Shown in pieces: positions 10,001 to 19,439 of a DNA stretch of 64,000 nt; positions within the stretch are counted from its first letter, which is position 1, and every line of letters starts with the position of its first letter. The position numbers and the translations under genes are program-made. This DNA is from Planctomycetota bacterium (GTDB taxonomy: Bacteria > Planctomycetota > UBA1135 > UBA2386), in NCBI GenBank assembly GCA_046290465.1, contig JBKAGP010000001.1, forward strand, positions 2,784,001-2,848,000. The letters run 5' to 3'. A model generated the notes under the pieces. The model was not told the DNA's origin. It did not search any database and worked only from the letters and a program-made list of their open reading frames with translations.

Positions 10001-11071
10001 TCAGGCCTTGGCGGCCTTTCCCTCGGCGATGATGCGCTGGGCCAGGCGGTCGGCGGCGTCGCTCGGCGGGATGTTCTCCTCCTTGGCGATCGTCCACAGC
10101 TCCTTCAGCGCCTGCGGGATCCGTTCGATCTTCTGCAGCGCCACCGCCTCGTCGTAGCCACCGTCGTGGAACTCGACCGAGACGTTGACGATGCCGCCGG
10201 CGTTGATCACGTAGTCCGGCGCGTAGAGCACGCCGCGATCGTTCAGCATCTTGCCGTGCTCGGGCTTCAGCAGCAGGTTGTTCGCCGCGCCGGCGACCAC
10301 CTTGGTCTTGAGCGCCGGGATCGTCTCGTCGTTGAGGATGCCGCCGAGCGCGCACGGGGCCAGCAGGTCACACTCCATCGACAGGATCTCGTCCTCGGCG
10401 ACGATCTTGACGCCGTAGCCGTCGGCCAGCTCCTGCAGGCGCTTCTGGTTGCGGTCGTAGGCGTAGACCTCGGCGCCGGCCTCGGCGAGGCGCTCGGCCA
10501 GCGGGCCGCCGACGGCGCCGACGCCCTGGATCGCGATCTTCCGGCCCTTCGGGTCGTCGTTGTCGTACGCCCAGCCGAGCGCCGCGCGAACGCCGAGGTA
10601 GACGCCGTAGGCGGTGTACGGCGACGGGTTGCCGCTGCCGCCGTCCTCGCGCGCCAGGCCGCTGACGTACTTGGTCGAGCGACGCACGATGTTGAGGTCC
10701 TCGATCGTCGTGTTGACGTCCTCGGCGGTCGTGTAGAGGCCGCCGAGCGAGTCGACCAGGCGACCCATGCCCAGGTAGAGGGCCTCCGACTTGATCGTCT
10801 TGGCGTCGCCGATCATCACGGCCTTGCCGCCGCCGAGGCCCGTGTGGGCCACCGCCGACTTGTAGCTCATGCCCTTCGCCAGGCGCTTCACGTCGAACAG
10901 GGCCTCTTCCTCGGAGGCGTAGTTCCACATGCGCAGGCCGCCCAGGGCGGGCCCGAGGGTCGTGTCGTGCACCGCGACGATGGCGTGCAGGCCACTCTGG
11001 GGATCGACGCCACGAACGACTCGCTCGTAGCCCTCGACCGGGATCTCAGTGATTTGGAGGGTATCGCTCAC
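10001..11071 (-). CDS. ldh: Glu/Leu/Phe/Val dehydrogenase (leucine dehydrogenase-like)
   Basis: HDTTLGPALGGLRM, GMSYK, GGGKAV, TAEDV, GNPSPYTAYGV, QGVGAVG, PCALG, GAANN, YAPDYVINAGG. Confidence 0.92.
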   Translation of the reverse strand: MSDTLQITEIPVEGYERVVRGVDPQSGLHAIVAVHDTTLGPALGGLRMWNYASEEEALFDVKRLAKGMSYKSAVAHTGLGGGKAVMIGDAKTIKSEALYLGMGRLVDSLGGLYTTAEDVNTTIEDLNIVRRSTKYVSGLAREDGGSGNPSPYTAYGVYLGVRAALGWAYDNDDPKGRKIAIQGVGAVGGPLAERLAEAGAEVYAYDRNQKRLQELADGYGVKIVAEDEILSMECDLLAPCALGGILNDETIPALKTKVVAGAANNLLLKPEHGKMLNDRGVLYAPDYVINAGGIVNVSVEFHDGGYDEAVALQKIERIPQALKELWTIAKEENIPPSDAADRLAQRIIAEGKAAKA

Positions 11072-11192
11072 AGTGTCGGACGCGGCGCTGGCCGCGGATT
11101 GGGGGCAAACAGGATAGCGGCCGGCGCGTGCGAAGCCACTGCTGGCCGGCCCGGGATCCGGGCAGACCGAAAAAGCCCGGAAACCGTTCGGA

Positions 11193-12437
11193 TCAGCGTC
11201 CGCCGCGGCTGCCGACCTTGACCTGGAGGTCCACCTCGGCCTGCTCGCGCCGCACGCGAACGGTCGCGTTGCGGCCGATGATCAGGGTGTCGAGCACCTC
11301 CATGTAGGTCTCGATGTCCGGCACGGCCTTGCCGTTGACCGCAACGATGATGTCGCCGTCCTCGATGCCGGCGGCCTCGGCCGGACCGCCCTCGGTGACC
11401 CGGTCGACACCGACGCCGTCGACGTTGTAGTTGGGCATGAAGCCGAACGCGGGGCGCATGCCCTCGGGGTTCTCGGTCGGCAGCGCCGCCTCACCGGCTT
11501 CGGGCTGCCCCGGCTGCTGCTGGGCGGCCTGCGCGGCCTCGTCGACGACCCGCTTCGCGACCTCGCCGACCATCACCGGCTTGCGCTCGGGCTTGGGCGC
11601 GACCACGACGAACTCGGCGGTGTCGTTGGACGTCTCGTAGACGCCGCCGGCGACGTCCTCGACCGTCTCGGCGCTGAGCACGCGCACGTCGATGCCGGGC
11701 ATGCGCTCCTTGATGCGCTGCACGGTGCCCCAGCCGTGGTCGCTGTGGGCCCGGCCGCAGATCAGCACCGCCAACGGTCGGTTGTCCGGCTCGAAGCCCT
11801 TCAGGTGGTCAACGATTGACTCGGCCATGGTGTCGTCCTTGAGGCACTGCGCCGCGTAGAAGCGCTCCATGCCGCCCGGGCCGAACATGCCGGCGTGGCC
11901 TTCCATCAGCTCCTGGAAGGCCTCCCAGTAGTCGTCCTGCGGCGCGGTCGTGGTGCGGGCGAGGTTCTTGTCTCCCATCACCGCGTCGAGGCCTTCGCGG
12001 GCCGCCTTGCGCGCCAGCGGCCGCGGCGCGTTGGCCGCCAGCACCATCAGCTGCTTCTGCTTGGCGAACTCGATCACCGGCCGGTAGTCCCGCGCGTAGT
12101 CCGGCCACGGCCGCGCCTTGGCCCGGAACTCGTCCTCGTCGATCAGGCCGTTGAGGTACTGCAGCAGCACCGTCTGCACGTCGCGTTCGAACATCTCCAT
12201 CGCGATGACCAGGTTCGGGCGGCGCTCGTAGAGCGCGCGCAGCAGCGCGTGGTGGGTCTGGTGCACCGCGGGGGTCTGGTGCAGTTCGCCCAGCGCGACG
12301 ACGTCGGCGTCGGCGACGGCCGCGGCGACGGCGCCGACCGACGTCACCGTGTCGGTGTCGGTCACGACGATGCGGGGGCCGGTGCTGGCGCAGGCGCCCA
12401 GCACACTCAGAATCGACAGCAGGATCAGCGAACGCAT
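11193..12437 (-). CDS. ChaN (haem-uptake/TIKI superfamily) lipoprotein with C-terminal PDZ domain
   Basis: Lipobox LGAC; VVALGELH, AMEMFERD, W.DY.RDYRP, AQCLKDDTMA, G.AH; PDZ: FGFMP...VTEGGPAEAAGIEDGDIIVAVNG. Confidence 0.8.
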   Translation of the reverse strand: MRSLILLSILSVLGACASTGPRIVVTDTDTVTSVGAVAAAVADADVVALGELHQTPAVHQTHHALLRALYERRPNLVIAMEMFERDVQTVLLQYLNGLIDEDEFRAKARPWPDYARDYRPVIEFAKQKQLMVLAANAPRPLARKAAREGLDAVMGDKNLARTTTAPQDDYWEAFQELMEGHAGMFGPGGMERFYAAQCLKDDTMAESIVDHLKGFEPDNRPLAVLICGRAHSDHGWGTVQRIKERMPGIDVRVLSAETVEDVAGGVYETSNDTAEFVVVAPKPERKPVMVGEVAKRVVDEAAQAAQQQPGQPEAGEAALPTENPEGMRPAFGFMPNYNVDGVGVDRVTEGGPAEAAGIEDGDIIVAVNGKAVPDIETYMEVLDTLIIGRNATVRVRREQAEVDLQVKVGSRGGR

Positions 12438-12575
12438 GGCGGATATCAGAACGGGCGCGCATCTCGCCGGCAAGCGCGCCGACGTGCGGGGCCGGTCATG
12501 GGACGGTCGGGCTCGGATTCCCAGGGACGAACCCTTCCGCTGCCGCGTCACAATGCCTTGAATCAGCCCGTCTGG

Positions 12576-13355
12576 ATGAAGATCACCACCTGGAACGTCA
12601 ACGGCATCCGCGCCCGCCTCACCCACGTCGTCGACTTCCTGCGGGAGCACGAGCCGGACGTGCTCTGCCTGCAGGAGACCAAGGTCACCGACGACCTGTT
12701 TCCGATCGAGGCCCTCGAGGACGAGGGCTACGAGGTCTGCTTCGACGGGCAGAAGGGCTACAACGGCGTCGCGATCCTCGCCGCGCACGAGATCGAGGAC
12801 GTCGTCAAGGGCATGCCCGACGACCCGCCCGACGCCGAGAAGCGCGTGCTGGCCGCGACCGTCAACGGCTTCCGCGTGCTCAACCTTTACGTCGTCAACG
12901 GCCAGGAGGTCGGCTCGGAGAAGTACGCGTTCAAGCTCGACTGGCTGCGCCGGCTGCGCACCTACCTCGACAGCGGCTTCGCGGCGAGCGACGATGTCGT
13001 GGTGGTCGGCGACTTCAACGTCGCGCTCGAGGACCGCGACGTGCACGACCCCGAATGGTGGCGCGGCCGCATCCTGTGCTCCGACGAAGAGCGCGACGCG
13101 ATGCGCAACGTGATGGCGTTCGGGCTCGAGGACAGCTTCCGCCAGCACTGCGACGACGCCGGCGTCTACACCTGGTGGCACTACACCGGCGGCTCGGCGG
13201 TCAAGGACGACGGCCTGCGCATCGACTACGTGCTGTCGTCGGCGAGCGCGACCAGGCGCTGCACCGACGTGATCGTGCACAAGGAGGAACGCAGCAAGAA
13301 GGGACCGAGCGACCACGTGCCGGTCACCGCGATCTACGCCGAAGGGGACGCGTGA
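12576..13355 (+). CDS. xth: Exodeoxyribonuclease III
   Basis: MKITTWNVNGIRAR, LCLQETK, GYNGVAI, GDFNVA, YTWW, GLRIDY, SDHVPV. Confidence 0.95.
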   Translation: MKITTWNVNGIRARLTHVVDFLREHEPDVLCLQETKVTDDLFPIEALEDEGYEVCFDGQKGYNGVAILAAHEIEDVVKGMPDDPPDAEKRVLAATVNGFRVLNLYVVNGQEVGSEKYAFKLDWLRRLRTYLDSGFAASDDVVVVGDFNVALEDRDVHDPEWWRGRILCSDEERDAMRNVMAFGLEDSFRQHCDDAGVYTWWHYTGGSAVKDDGLRIDYVLSSASATRRCTDVIVHKEERSKKGPSDHVPVTAIYAEGDA

Positions 13356-14104
13356 GCGACGCGGCCGCCATCGAGACGACCGGGCTCGGTCGACGCTTCG
13401 GCGGCAAGTGGGCCGTGCAGGACCTGCAACTGCGGGTCGCGCCCGGCGAGCTCTACGGCTTCCTCGGCCAGAACGGCGCCGGCAAGACCACCACGCTGCG
13501 GCTGCTCGCGGGGCTGCTGCGGCCGACGACCGGCGACGCGCGGATCTGCGGCATCTCGCACCAGCGCGACACCCGCGCGGTCAAGCAGCGGCTCGGCTTC
13601 GTGCCGGACACGCCGCCGCTCTACGACTACCTGACCGGCCGCCAATACATCGCGCTGGTCGCTAGCATGTGGAAGGTCGACCGCCGCACCCGCGACGAAC
13701 GCAGCGACCGCCTGCTCGACCTGCTCAACCTGTCGGCGCAGGCCGACGAACTGTGCAAGAGCTACTCGCACGGCATGCGCAAGAAGGCGCACCTGGCGGC
13801 GGTGCTGACCTGTGGGCCCGAGGTGCTGCTGCTCGACGAGCCGACCACCGGCCTCGACCCGGGCAGCACGCGGCGGCTCAAGGACCTGCTGCGCGACCAG
13901 GTCGCCGCCGGCACGACCGTGCTGTTCAGCACCCACGTGCTCGACACCGCCGAGCAGGTCTGCGACCGCGTCGGCGTGCTCGCCGACGGCCGGCTGCGCG
14001 ACGAGGGCACCGTCGCCGAGCTGCGGCAGCGGCACGGTCAGGGTTCGCTCGAGGACGTGTTCCTGGCCTTGACCGACGGCCGCCGCGACGGCGCCGACGC
14101 ATGA
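13352..14104 (+). CDS. ABC transporter ATP-binding protein
   Basis: GTGA overlap with xth; GQNGAGKTT, YSHGM, LLLDEPT, STH. Confidence 0.9.
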   Translation: MSDAAAIETTGLGRRFGGKWAVQDLQLRVAPGELYGFLGQNGAGKTTTLRLLAGLLRPTTGDARICGISHQRDTRAVKQRLGFVPDTPPLYDYLTGRQYIALVASMWKVDRRTRDERSDRLLDLLNLSAQADELCKSYSHGMRKKAHLAAVLTCGPEVLLLDEPTTGLDPGSTRRLKDLLRDQVAAGTTVLFSTHVLDTAEQVCDRVGVLADGRLRDEGTVAELRQRHGQGSLEDVFLALTDGRRDGADA

Positions 14105-15717
14105 GCCTGCTGCTCGCCGACCTGCGGGCGCTGGCCAACCTGCCGACGACGGCGGTCGGCCGGCGGATCTCGGTCGGCATGGCGATCGGGCTGACGCTGC
14201 TCGGGCTGATGGCGTGGTGGCTGGCGACGTTCGTACTCGAACGGGTCGCGCTCGAGGCGTCCCCGACCGGCGCGTTCGGCTACGCGCTGATGACCTGCCC
14301 GATCGTCGCGACCTGGCTCGGCCTCGCGATCGGCCAGCGGCAGCTGTTCGAGACCCCGGAGCTGATGCTGTGGCGGCAGGCGCCGATCGCCGGCGCCCGC
14401 GGTTCGATGCAGATCTTCCTGCGCGCGGTGTTCGTGTCGACGCTGTGGTCGAGCGCGCTCGCCGGCCCGATGGTGGTCGCGCTGCTGCAGCAGGCCGGGG
14501 CCGCGCCGCTCGCGTACTGGCTGGTCGCGCCGGCGATCGTCGCGTGCACCGCGCCGCTGCTGGCGACGCTGCTCGGCGTGCAGATCGTGATGGTGCGGTT
14601 CTTCGCCGGCCGCTGGATGCGCCTGTTGCTGTCGGCGGTCGCGGCGCTGGCTTCGGTCGGCTTCACCATCTGGCTGCTGCTCAACCTGTTCACGACCGGC
14701 GCCGACCGCGTCGCCGAGGTCCGCGAGGCGGCGCGGTCGGGCGACCGGCTGCGCATGTCCGTGCGCGACGCCGCCGAGATGCTGGCGCAGGCCACCGACG
14801 GCACGCCACCGACGTCGTCGCTGCTGTGGGTCCTGGCGTGGATCGCCGCGGCGTTCGTCGGATTCGGCCTCGCGTCGCTGCTGCATCCGCGCGCGCACGA
14901 ACGCTACCTCGAGTCGGACCGGCCGCTGTGGCGGCGCAGCGGCCGGCGCTGGCCGACCTCGTTGGCCAGCAACGTGCGCAAGAAGGAGTTCGCCCAGGTG
15001 CTGCAGCAACCGGGTGCGTTGATCGGCTTCCTGGTGTTCGCGGTGCTGGTGTTCGCGCTGGCGCGCGAGCACGTGCTGGTCGACTCGATCCTGCGCCAGA
15101 CCCGCCTGCCGCGCGACGTGCGCACGATCGCGGCGCTGCTGACCTGGTGGTTCCTCGCCGTGCTGCTGGTGCTCTACACGCACATGGGTCGGCTGGCGCT
15201 GTGGGACGGTTCGCAGTGGCCGCTCTACATGGGTTCGCCCGAACGGCCCGGCGCGATCCTGCGCGGCAAGCTGCAGGCGATCGCGACGTTCTTGCTGTGG
15301 CCGCTGCTGCTGGTCGCCGTCGTCGGCGTGCAGATGATCGGCGCCAGCGCGCGTGAGGTCGCGTGGTTCGTCGGCTTCGCGCTCGCCGGCACGCTCGGCG
15401 CGCTCGGCGTCGTCGCCGTGATCGGCACCTGGCCGCGGCTGATGCGGCCGGACGCCGAAGGCCAGATCATGCAGGGCGGCAAGAGCTTCCTCGCCGCGAT
15501 GGTGATGGTGACGACGTTCCAGGTCACGATGATCCCGGCCATCCTGTTCTGGTCGTGGTTGACGCGCTACGTCCGCCGCCACCCCCTGCCCGATGCCGAG
15601 GTCGCCGAACACCTGCCGACGCTGCTCGCCGGCGCGTTCGGCTACGGCCTGCTGATCGCCCTGACCGGCACCTGGCTCGGCAGCCGCAACTACCGCACGC
15701 TGCTGGCCCCGCGATAG
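14101..15717 (+). CDS. Putative ABC exporter permease (multi-pass membrane protein)
   Basis: ATGA-coupled to ATPase; about 12 hydrophobic segments in two halves. Confidence 0.7.
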   Translation: MSLLLADLRALANLPTTAVGRRISVGMAIGLTLLGLMAWWLATFVLERVALEASPTGAFGYALMTCPIVATWLGLAIGQRQLFETPELMLWRQAPIAGARGSMQIFLRAVFVSTLWSSALAGPMVVALLQQAGAAPLAYWLVAPAIVACTAPLLATLLGVQIVMVRFFAGRWMRLLLSAVAALASVGFTIWLLLNLFTTGADRVAEVREAARSGDRLRMSVRDAAEMLAQATDGTPPTSSLLWVLAWIAAAFVGFGLASLLHPRAHERYLESDRPLWRRSGRRWPTSLASNVRKKEFAQVLQQPGALIGFLVFAVLVFALAREHVLVDSILRQTRLPRDVRTIAALLTWWFLAVLLVLYTHMGRLALWDGSQWPLYMGSPERPGAILRGKLQAIATFLLWPLLLVAVVGVQMIGASAREVAWFVGFALAGTLGALGVVAVIGTWPRLMRPDAEGQIMQGGKSFLAAMVMVTTFQVTMIPAILFWSWLTRYVRRHPLPDAEVAEHLPTLLAGAFGYGLLIALTGTWLGSRNYRTLLAPR

Positions 15718-16120
15718 CGGGCAAAGCCCCGTCCGCACGCGTACACGCCGCTTCCGCGATCACGGTTGGCAGCGCGTCCACTGCATGGACGCGCTCCTAG
15801 CGGGCAAAGCCCCGTCCGCACGCGTACACGCCGCTTCCGCGATCACGGTTGGCAGCGCGTCCACTGCATGGACGCGCTCCTAGCGGGCAAAGCCCCGTCC
15901 GCACGCGTACACGCCGCTTCCGCGATCACGGTTGGCAGCGCGTCCACTGCATGGACGCGCTCCTAGCGGGCAAAGCCCCGTCCGCACGCGTACACGCCGC
16001 TTCCGCGATCACGGTTGGCAGCGCGTCCACTACATGGACGCGCTCCTAGCGGGCAAAGCCCCGTCCGCACGCGTACACGCCGCTTCCGCGATCACGGTTG
16101 GCAGCGCGTCCACTACATGG
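15715..16120 (+). repeat. Tandem array of 83-bp REP-like/MITE-like element (4 full copies plus 1 partial)
   Basis: Units start at 15715, 15798, 15881, 15964, 16047; internal hairpin AGCGCGTCCA-N5-TGGACGCGCT; units joined at CTAG. Confidence 0.95.
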
Positions 16121-16146
16121 GCGGGTCGGGCCGCGAGCGCGATGGC

Positions 16147-16845
16147 CTACCGGATCATCTGCCACGGGAAGGCGGGCAGGAACGGCAGCTTGACCTGGGG
16201 CGGCCAGAGGTCGATGCCGAGGGTCAGGCCGACCAGGTGCAGTTCGACGCCCTCCTGCAGCCCGACCTGCACGCCGACGTACGGCGTTTCCAGTTCGAGG
16301 CCGGTGCGGGTCGTGCTCACGCCGGCGCGGACCCAGCCGTTGATCGGGTAGTCCTTGCCGACCGCGGTGCCGTACTGCTCGACCCAGAGCCCGGGCACCT
16401 GGTGGCTCAGCCACTCGACGAACGTGTTGCTGTTGGGGCCCGGCCACGGCTCGTAGCCGTTGGCGTGCGGAAAGCCCGGCGCCTTGTCGATCATCACCGG
16501 CACCATCGCGCGCGCGGCCTCGCCGGTGTAGGTGGCGAGCACGTGCACCTCGCGGCCGTCGAACCGTTCGTCGCTGCGGGCTTGTTCGGCGTCGATCTCG
16601 CGCATGCGCACGCCGGTGCTGCGGCCGAGGATCTCGATGCGGATCCAGCTGCTGCCGTCGTAGACGTCGTACCAGCCATGCTCGGCGAACTGCGAGTACC
16701 ACGGCATCCATGGCGGCAGCCGCGCCGACTTGCAGGTGACGATGCAGCCGACGTCACGCGGCAGCTCCGACGGCAGCGTCGCGCACGCCGTCGGCAGCAG
16801 TGCGAGGACCAACGGCGCGATCCACGCCCATGTCTTGTCCACCAT
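16147..16845 (-). CDS. DUF3750-family lipoprotein
   Basis: Lipobox-like PTAC; H.W motif, YEPWPGPNSNTFV, GKDY, GVELHLVGLTLGID...KLP. Confidence 0.75.
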   Translation of the reverse strand: MVDKTWAWIAPLVLALLPTACATLPSELPRDVGCIVTCKSARLPPWMPWYSQFAEHGWYDVYDGSSWIRIEILGRSTGVRMREIDAEQARSDERFDGREVHVLATYTGEAARAMVPVMIDKAPGFPHANGYEPWPGPNSNTFVEWLSHQVPGLWVEQYGTAVGKDYPINGWVRAGVSTTRTGLELETPYVGVQVGLQEGVELHLVGLTLGIDLWPPQVKLPFLPAFPWQMIR

Positions 16846-16854
16846 GCGCGCAAG

Positions 16855-17535
16855 CTACACCGGCAGCGGCTTCGCCGCCTCGACGTCGATCGGTCGCGTC
16901 GCCAGCACCGAGACCGGCGGGCCCTCGAGCGTCGTGCCGAGCAACCGCGCCATGTCGCAACGCTCGAGTTCGAGTTCGGCCTCGCACAGCTGCCACGGCT
17001 CGTGCGCGACGTCGCCGCGCAACAACCGCCCCCGCCGCAGCGCGAACAGGCTGTAGCGCTCGACCAGGAACTGCTCGAGCGAGCCCGCCGCCGCCTGGCG
17101 CGGCTGCCCCACCGGCCGCCAGCTGGCGACGAACTCGGCCGGCGGCGCCCGACGGTCCGTCCGGCGGCTGCGGTAGACGATCCGCTCGCCGTCGCGACGG
17201 CTCGCCATGTCGGCGACGAAGTAGGGCAGCCCGAAGCCGAGGCGCGCGCCTTCGACCGCCAGCCGGCTGTGCGCGTCGAGGCTGAAGAACCAGACCCCGG
17301 CCCGATCGCCGCAGCGCACGTAGGTGCGCAGGTTGCACTCGGGAAACCGGCTGGCGGTCGGCATCGGCGGCAACCAGCGGAACCGCGTCGCCGCCATCGT
17401 GAACGGCACCACCCCGAGCCAGGCCCGCCCGTCGAACGTGTCGAGCTCGAGGCCGTCGGGCAGGTGCGGCTGCACCACGGCCGGTTCGACCGCCCAGTGC
17501 AGGAACAGGAGATCTTCCCACCGCATCTTCAGCAT
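16855..17535 (-). CDS. YqjF/DUF2071 family protein
   Basis: MRWEDLLFLHW, LELDTFDG.AWLGVVPF, FPECNLRTYV, GVWFFSLDA, FLVERY, H.PW.L. Confidence 0.88.
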   Translation of the reverse strand: MLKMRWEDLLFLHWAVEPAVVQPHLPDGLELDTFDGRAWLGVVPFTMAATRFRWLPPMPTASRFPECNLRTYVRCGDRAGVWFFSLDAHSRLAVEGARLGFGLPYFVADMASRRDGERIVYRSRRTDRRAPPAEFVASWRPVGQPRQAAAGSLEQFLVERYSLFALRRGRLLRGDVAHEPWQLCEAELELERCDMARLLGTTLEGPPVSVLATRPIDVEAAKPLPV

Positions 17536-17573
17536 CGCGAAACCCCCAACGCCGGCGCTGCTACCATCCTTTC

Positions 17574-18836
17574 ATGATGCGTCTGCTGCCGATCCTGCCG
17601 TGCCTGCTGGCGCTCGGCACGCCGTCCCGCGGTGTCGCCCAGGACGACGTGCGCGACCGGGTCACGCTGGCGACCGGCAAGGTCGTCGAAGGCCGCGTCG
17701 CGACCCCGTTTGCGCTCGACGAGCTGCTGATCCTGACCGGCGGCAAGCGCACCCGCGTGCCGATCGACAAGGTCGCCGAACTCGACACGGTCGCCGCCAA
17801 GGTGGTCGCGTTCTTCGAGCGCCGCCACCGCCACCAGAACTCGCGCCGCGCGCTGCGCTACCTGGTCGACTGGGCCGACGACCACGACCTGCCCGGCCTG
17901 GCGAGGCTGCAGGCGATGGAGCTGGTCCTGCAGGATGACGGCGACGAGCGCATGCACGAGTTCCTCGGCCACCGGCAGCGCGGCAAGCAGTGGCAGTGGC
18001 CGGTCGGCAGCCGCTGGCTGACGCGCGACAAGCTGGCCGAGTCGCTCAGCAAGAAGCCGATGCGCCTGCACGGCGAACGGTTCGCGCTGACCTGCGACGC
18101 CGGCCTGCTGACCAACGTGCGCGCGCTGTTCGACCTCGAATACCTGGCCGTCGTCTGGTTCGAGCGCTTCGGCAAGGACCTCGACCTGCACGAGGTGCTC
18201 GACCCGATCGAGGTGCGCACGTTCCGCAACGTCGACGAGTTCCCCAAGTGGGGCTTCCGTCCGCGCCCGTACTTCGAGCCGCCGCCGCACAGCGACGTCG
18301 GCCGCACGTTCTACTCGGGGCCCGCCCCCGAACGTCCCGACGACCTGTTCTTCCTCGGCACGCAGGGGCTGCTCTACCGGACCATGATCGGCGAGGTCAA
18401 CCGGCAGAACAGCCGCGACCGCGTCTGCGCGTGGCTCGAGGTCGGCTTCGGCATGCACATGCAGAACGTCATGCAGGGCCCCGCCGGCTTCGCGACGCCC
18501 GGCGCGCCGCAGAAGCTCGACCTGGTGGCGCTGCGCGCGCTCGGCCGCGGCTACCGACTGACGCACCTGGTGCACCTGCCGATGTACGCGAGCTTCTACC
18601 TGACCGACGACACGTCGACGGCGACCAACTGGGCGGCGGCGACGATGTTCGTCACCTGGCTGCTCGACCCGAAGAACCCGCAGCAGACGCGCAGCGCGTT
18701 CTTCGCCTACACGCGCGCCGCGCTGCGCGATCGCATGGGCGACAGCAGCACCGCCTTCGACCGCATCATGGGCAAGCCGATCGAGCAGTTCGACGCGCCG
18801 TGGCACGCGTGGCTCAACCAGCTGGCACGCAACTGA
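17574..18836 (+). CDS. Secreted hypothetical protein
   Basis: Signal peptide ending GVAQ; D.V.L..G..VEG N-terminal motif; C-terminal region loosely like gluzincin/DUF1570 but no HExxH. Confidence 0.65.
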   Translation: MMRLLPILPCLLALGTPSRGVAQDDVRDRVTLATGKVVEGRVATPFALDELLILTGGKRTRVPIDKVAELDTVAAKVVAFFERRHRHQNSRRALRYLVDWADDHDLPGLARLQAMELVLQDDGDERMHEFLGHRQRGKQWQWPVGSRWLTRDKLAESLSKKPMRLHGERFALTCDAGLLTNVRALFDLEYLAVVWFERFGKDLDLHEVLDPIEVRTFRNVDEFPKWGFRPRPYFEPPPHSDVGRTFYSGPAPERPDDLFFLGTQGLLYRTMIGEVNRQNSRDRVCAWLEVGFGMHMQNVMQGPAGFATPGAPQKLDLVALRALGRGYRLTHLVHLPMYASFYLTDDTSTATNWAAATMFVTWLLDPKNPQQTRSAFFAYTRAALRDRMGDSSTAFDRIMGKPIEQFDAPWHAWLNQLARN

Positions 18837-18873
18837 ACGGCTGGCACGCTACGGAATGGGCGCGCCGACCGGT

Positions 18874-19344
18874 CTAACCCTCGGCCATCGCCTGCAGCGC
18901 GGCACCGTCCAGCCGGCAGGTGCGCCAGTCCGGCATGACCGTCGCGCCCTGACGCTGGTAGAAGTCGATCGCCAGCTGGTTCCAGTCGAGCACGTGCCAG
19001 TCGAGCCGCGGGCAGCCGCGCTCGATCGCCAGCTTCGCGAGCGCGCGCAGCAGCGCCAGACCGTGGCCGTTGCCGCGCTGGTCGGGATCGACGTAGAGGT
19101 CCTCGAGGAACACACACGGCTTGCACCAGAAGGTCGAGTAGCTGGTGAAGTGCAGCGCGAAGCCGACCGGCCGACCGGCCTGCTCGGCGATCAGCGCACC
19201 GCACACCGGCGCCGCACCGAACAGGTGCTCGGTCAGCCGCTCTTCGCTCAGGTCGAGTTCGTGCTCGAGCTTCTCGTAGCGGGCGAGGTCTCGGATGAAC
19301 CGCGCGATGTGCGCTTCGTCTCCACGGCGGGCGGGTCGGATCAT
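18874..19344 (-). CDS. GNAT family N-acetyltransferase (diamine acetyltransferase-like)
   Basis: IRDLARYEK, YSTF, FLEDLYV, RGNGHG, VLDWNQLAIDFY. Confidence 0.9.
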   Translation of the reverse strand: MIRPARRGDEAHIARFIRDLARYEKLEHELDLSEERLTEHLFGAAPVCGALIAEQAGRPVGFALHFTSYSTFWCKPCVFLEDLYVDPDQRGNGHGLALLRALAKLAIERGCPRLDWHVLDWNQLAIDFYQRQGATVMPDWRTCRLDGAALQAMAEG

Positions 19345-19439
19345 GCTGGCCGCGATGGTAGTGGCGAGGGTCCCGCCGGCGCGACCGCTTTGGCGTGGCA
19401 CCGACGGCGGCGCTCGGCGACGATCGGCGCGGAGCCACC

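Noticed and set aside
15715..16120. CRISPR array
   Set aside because: Units are contiguous 83-bp copies with no unique spacers; no cas genes in the window.
15766..16351. Repeated small ORFs MAARPLHGRAPS...
   Set aside because: Translations of the 83-bp repeat, whose length is not a multiple of three; no coding evidence.
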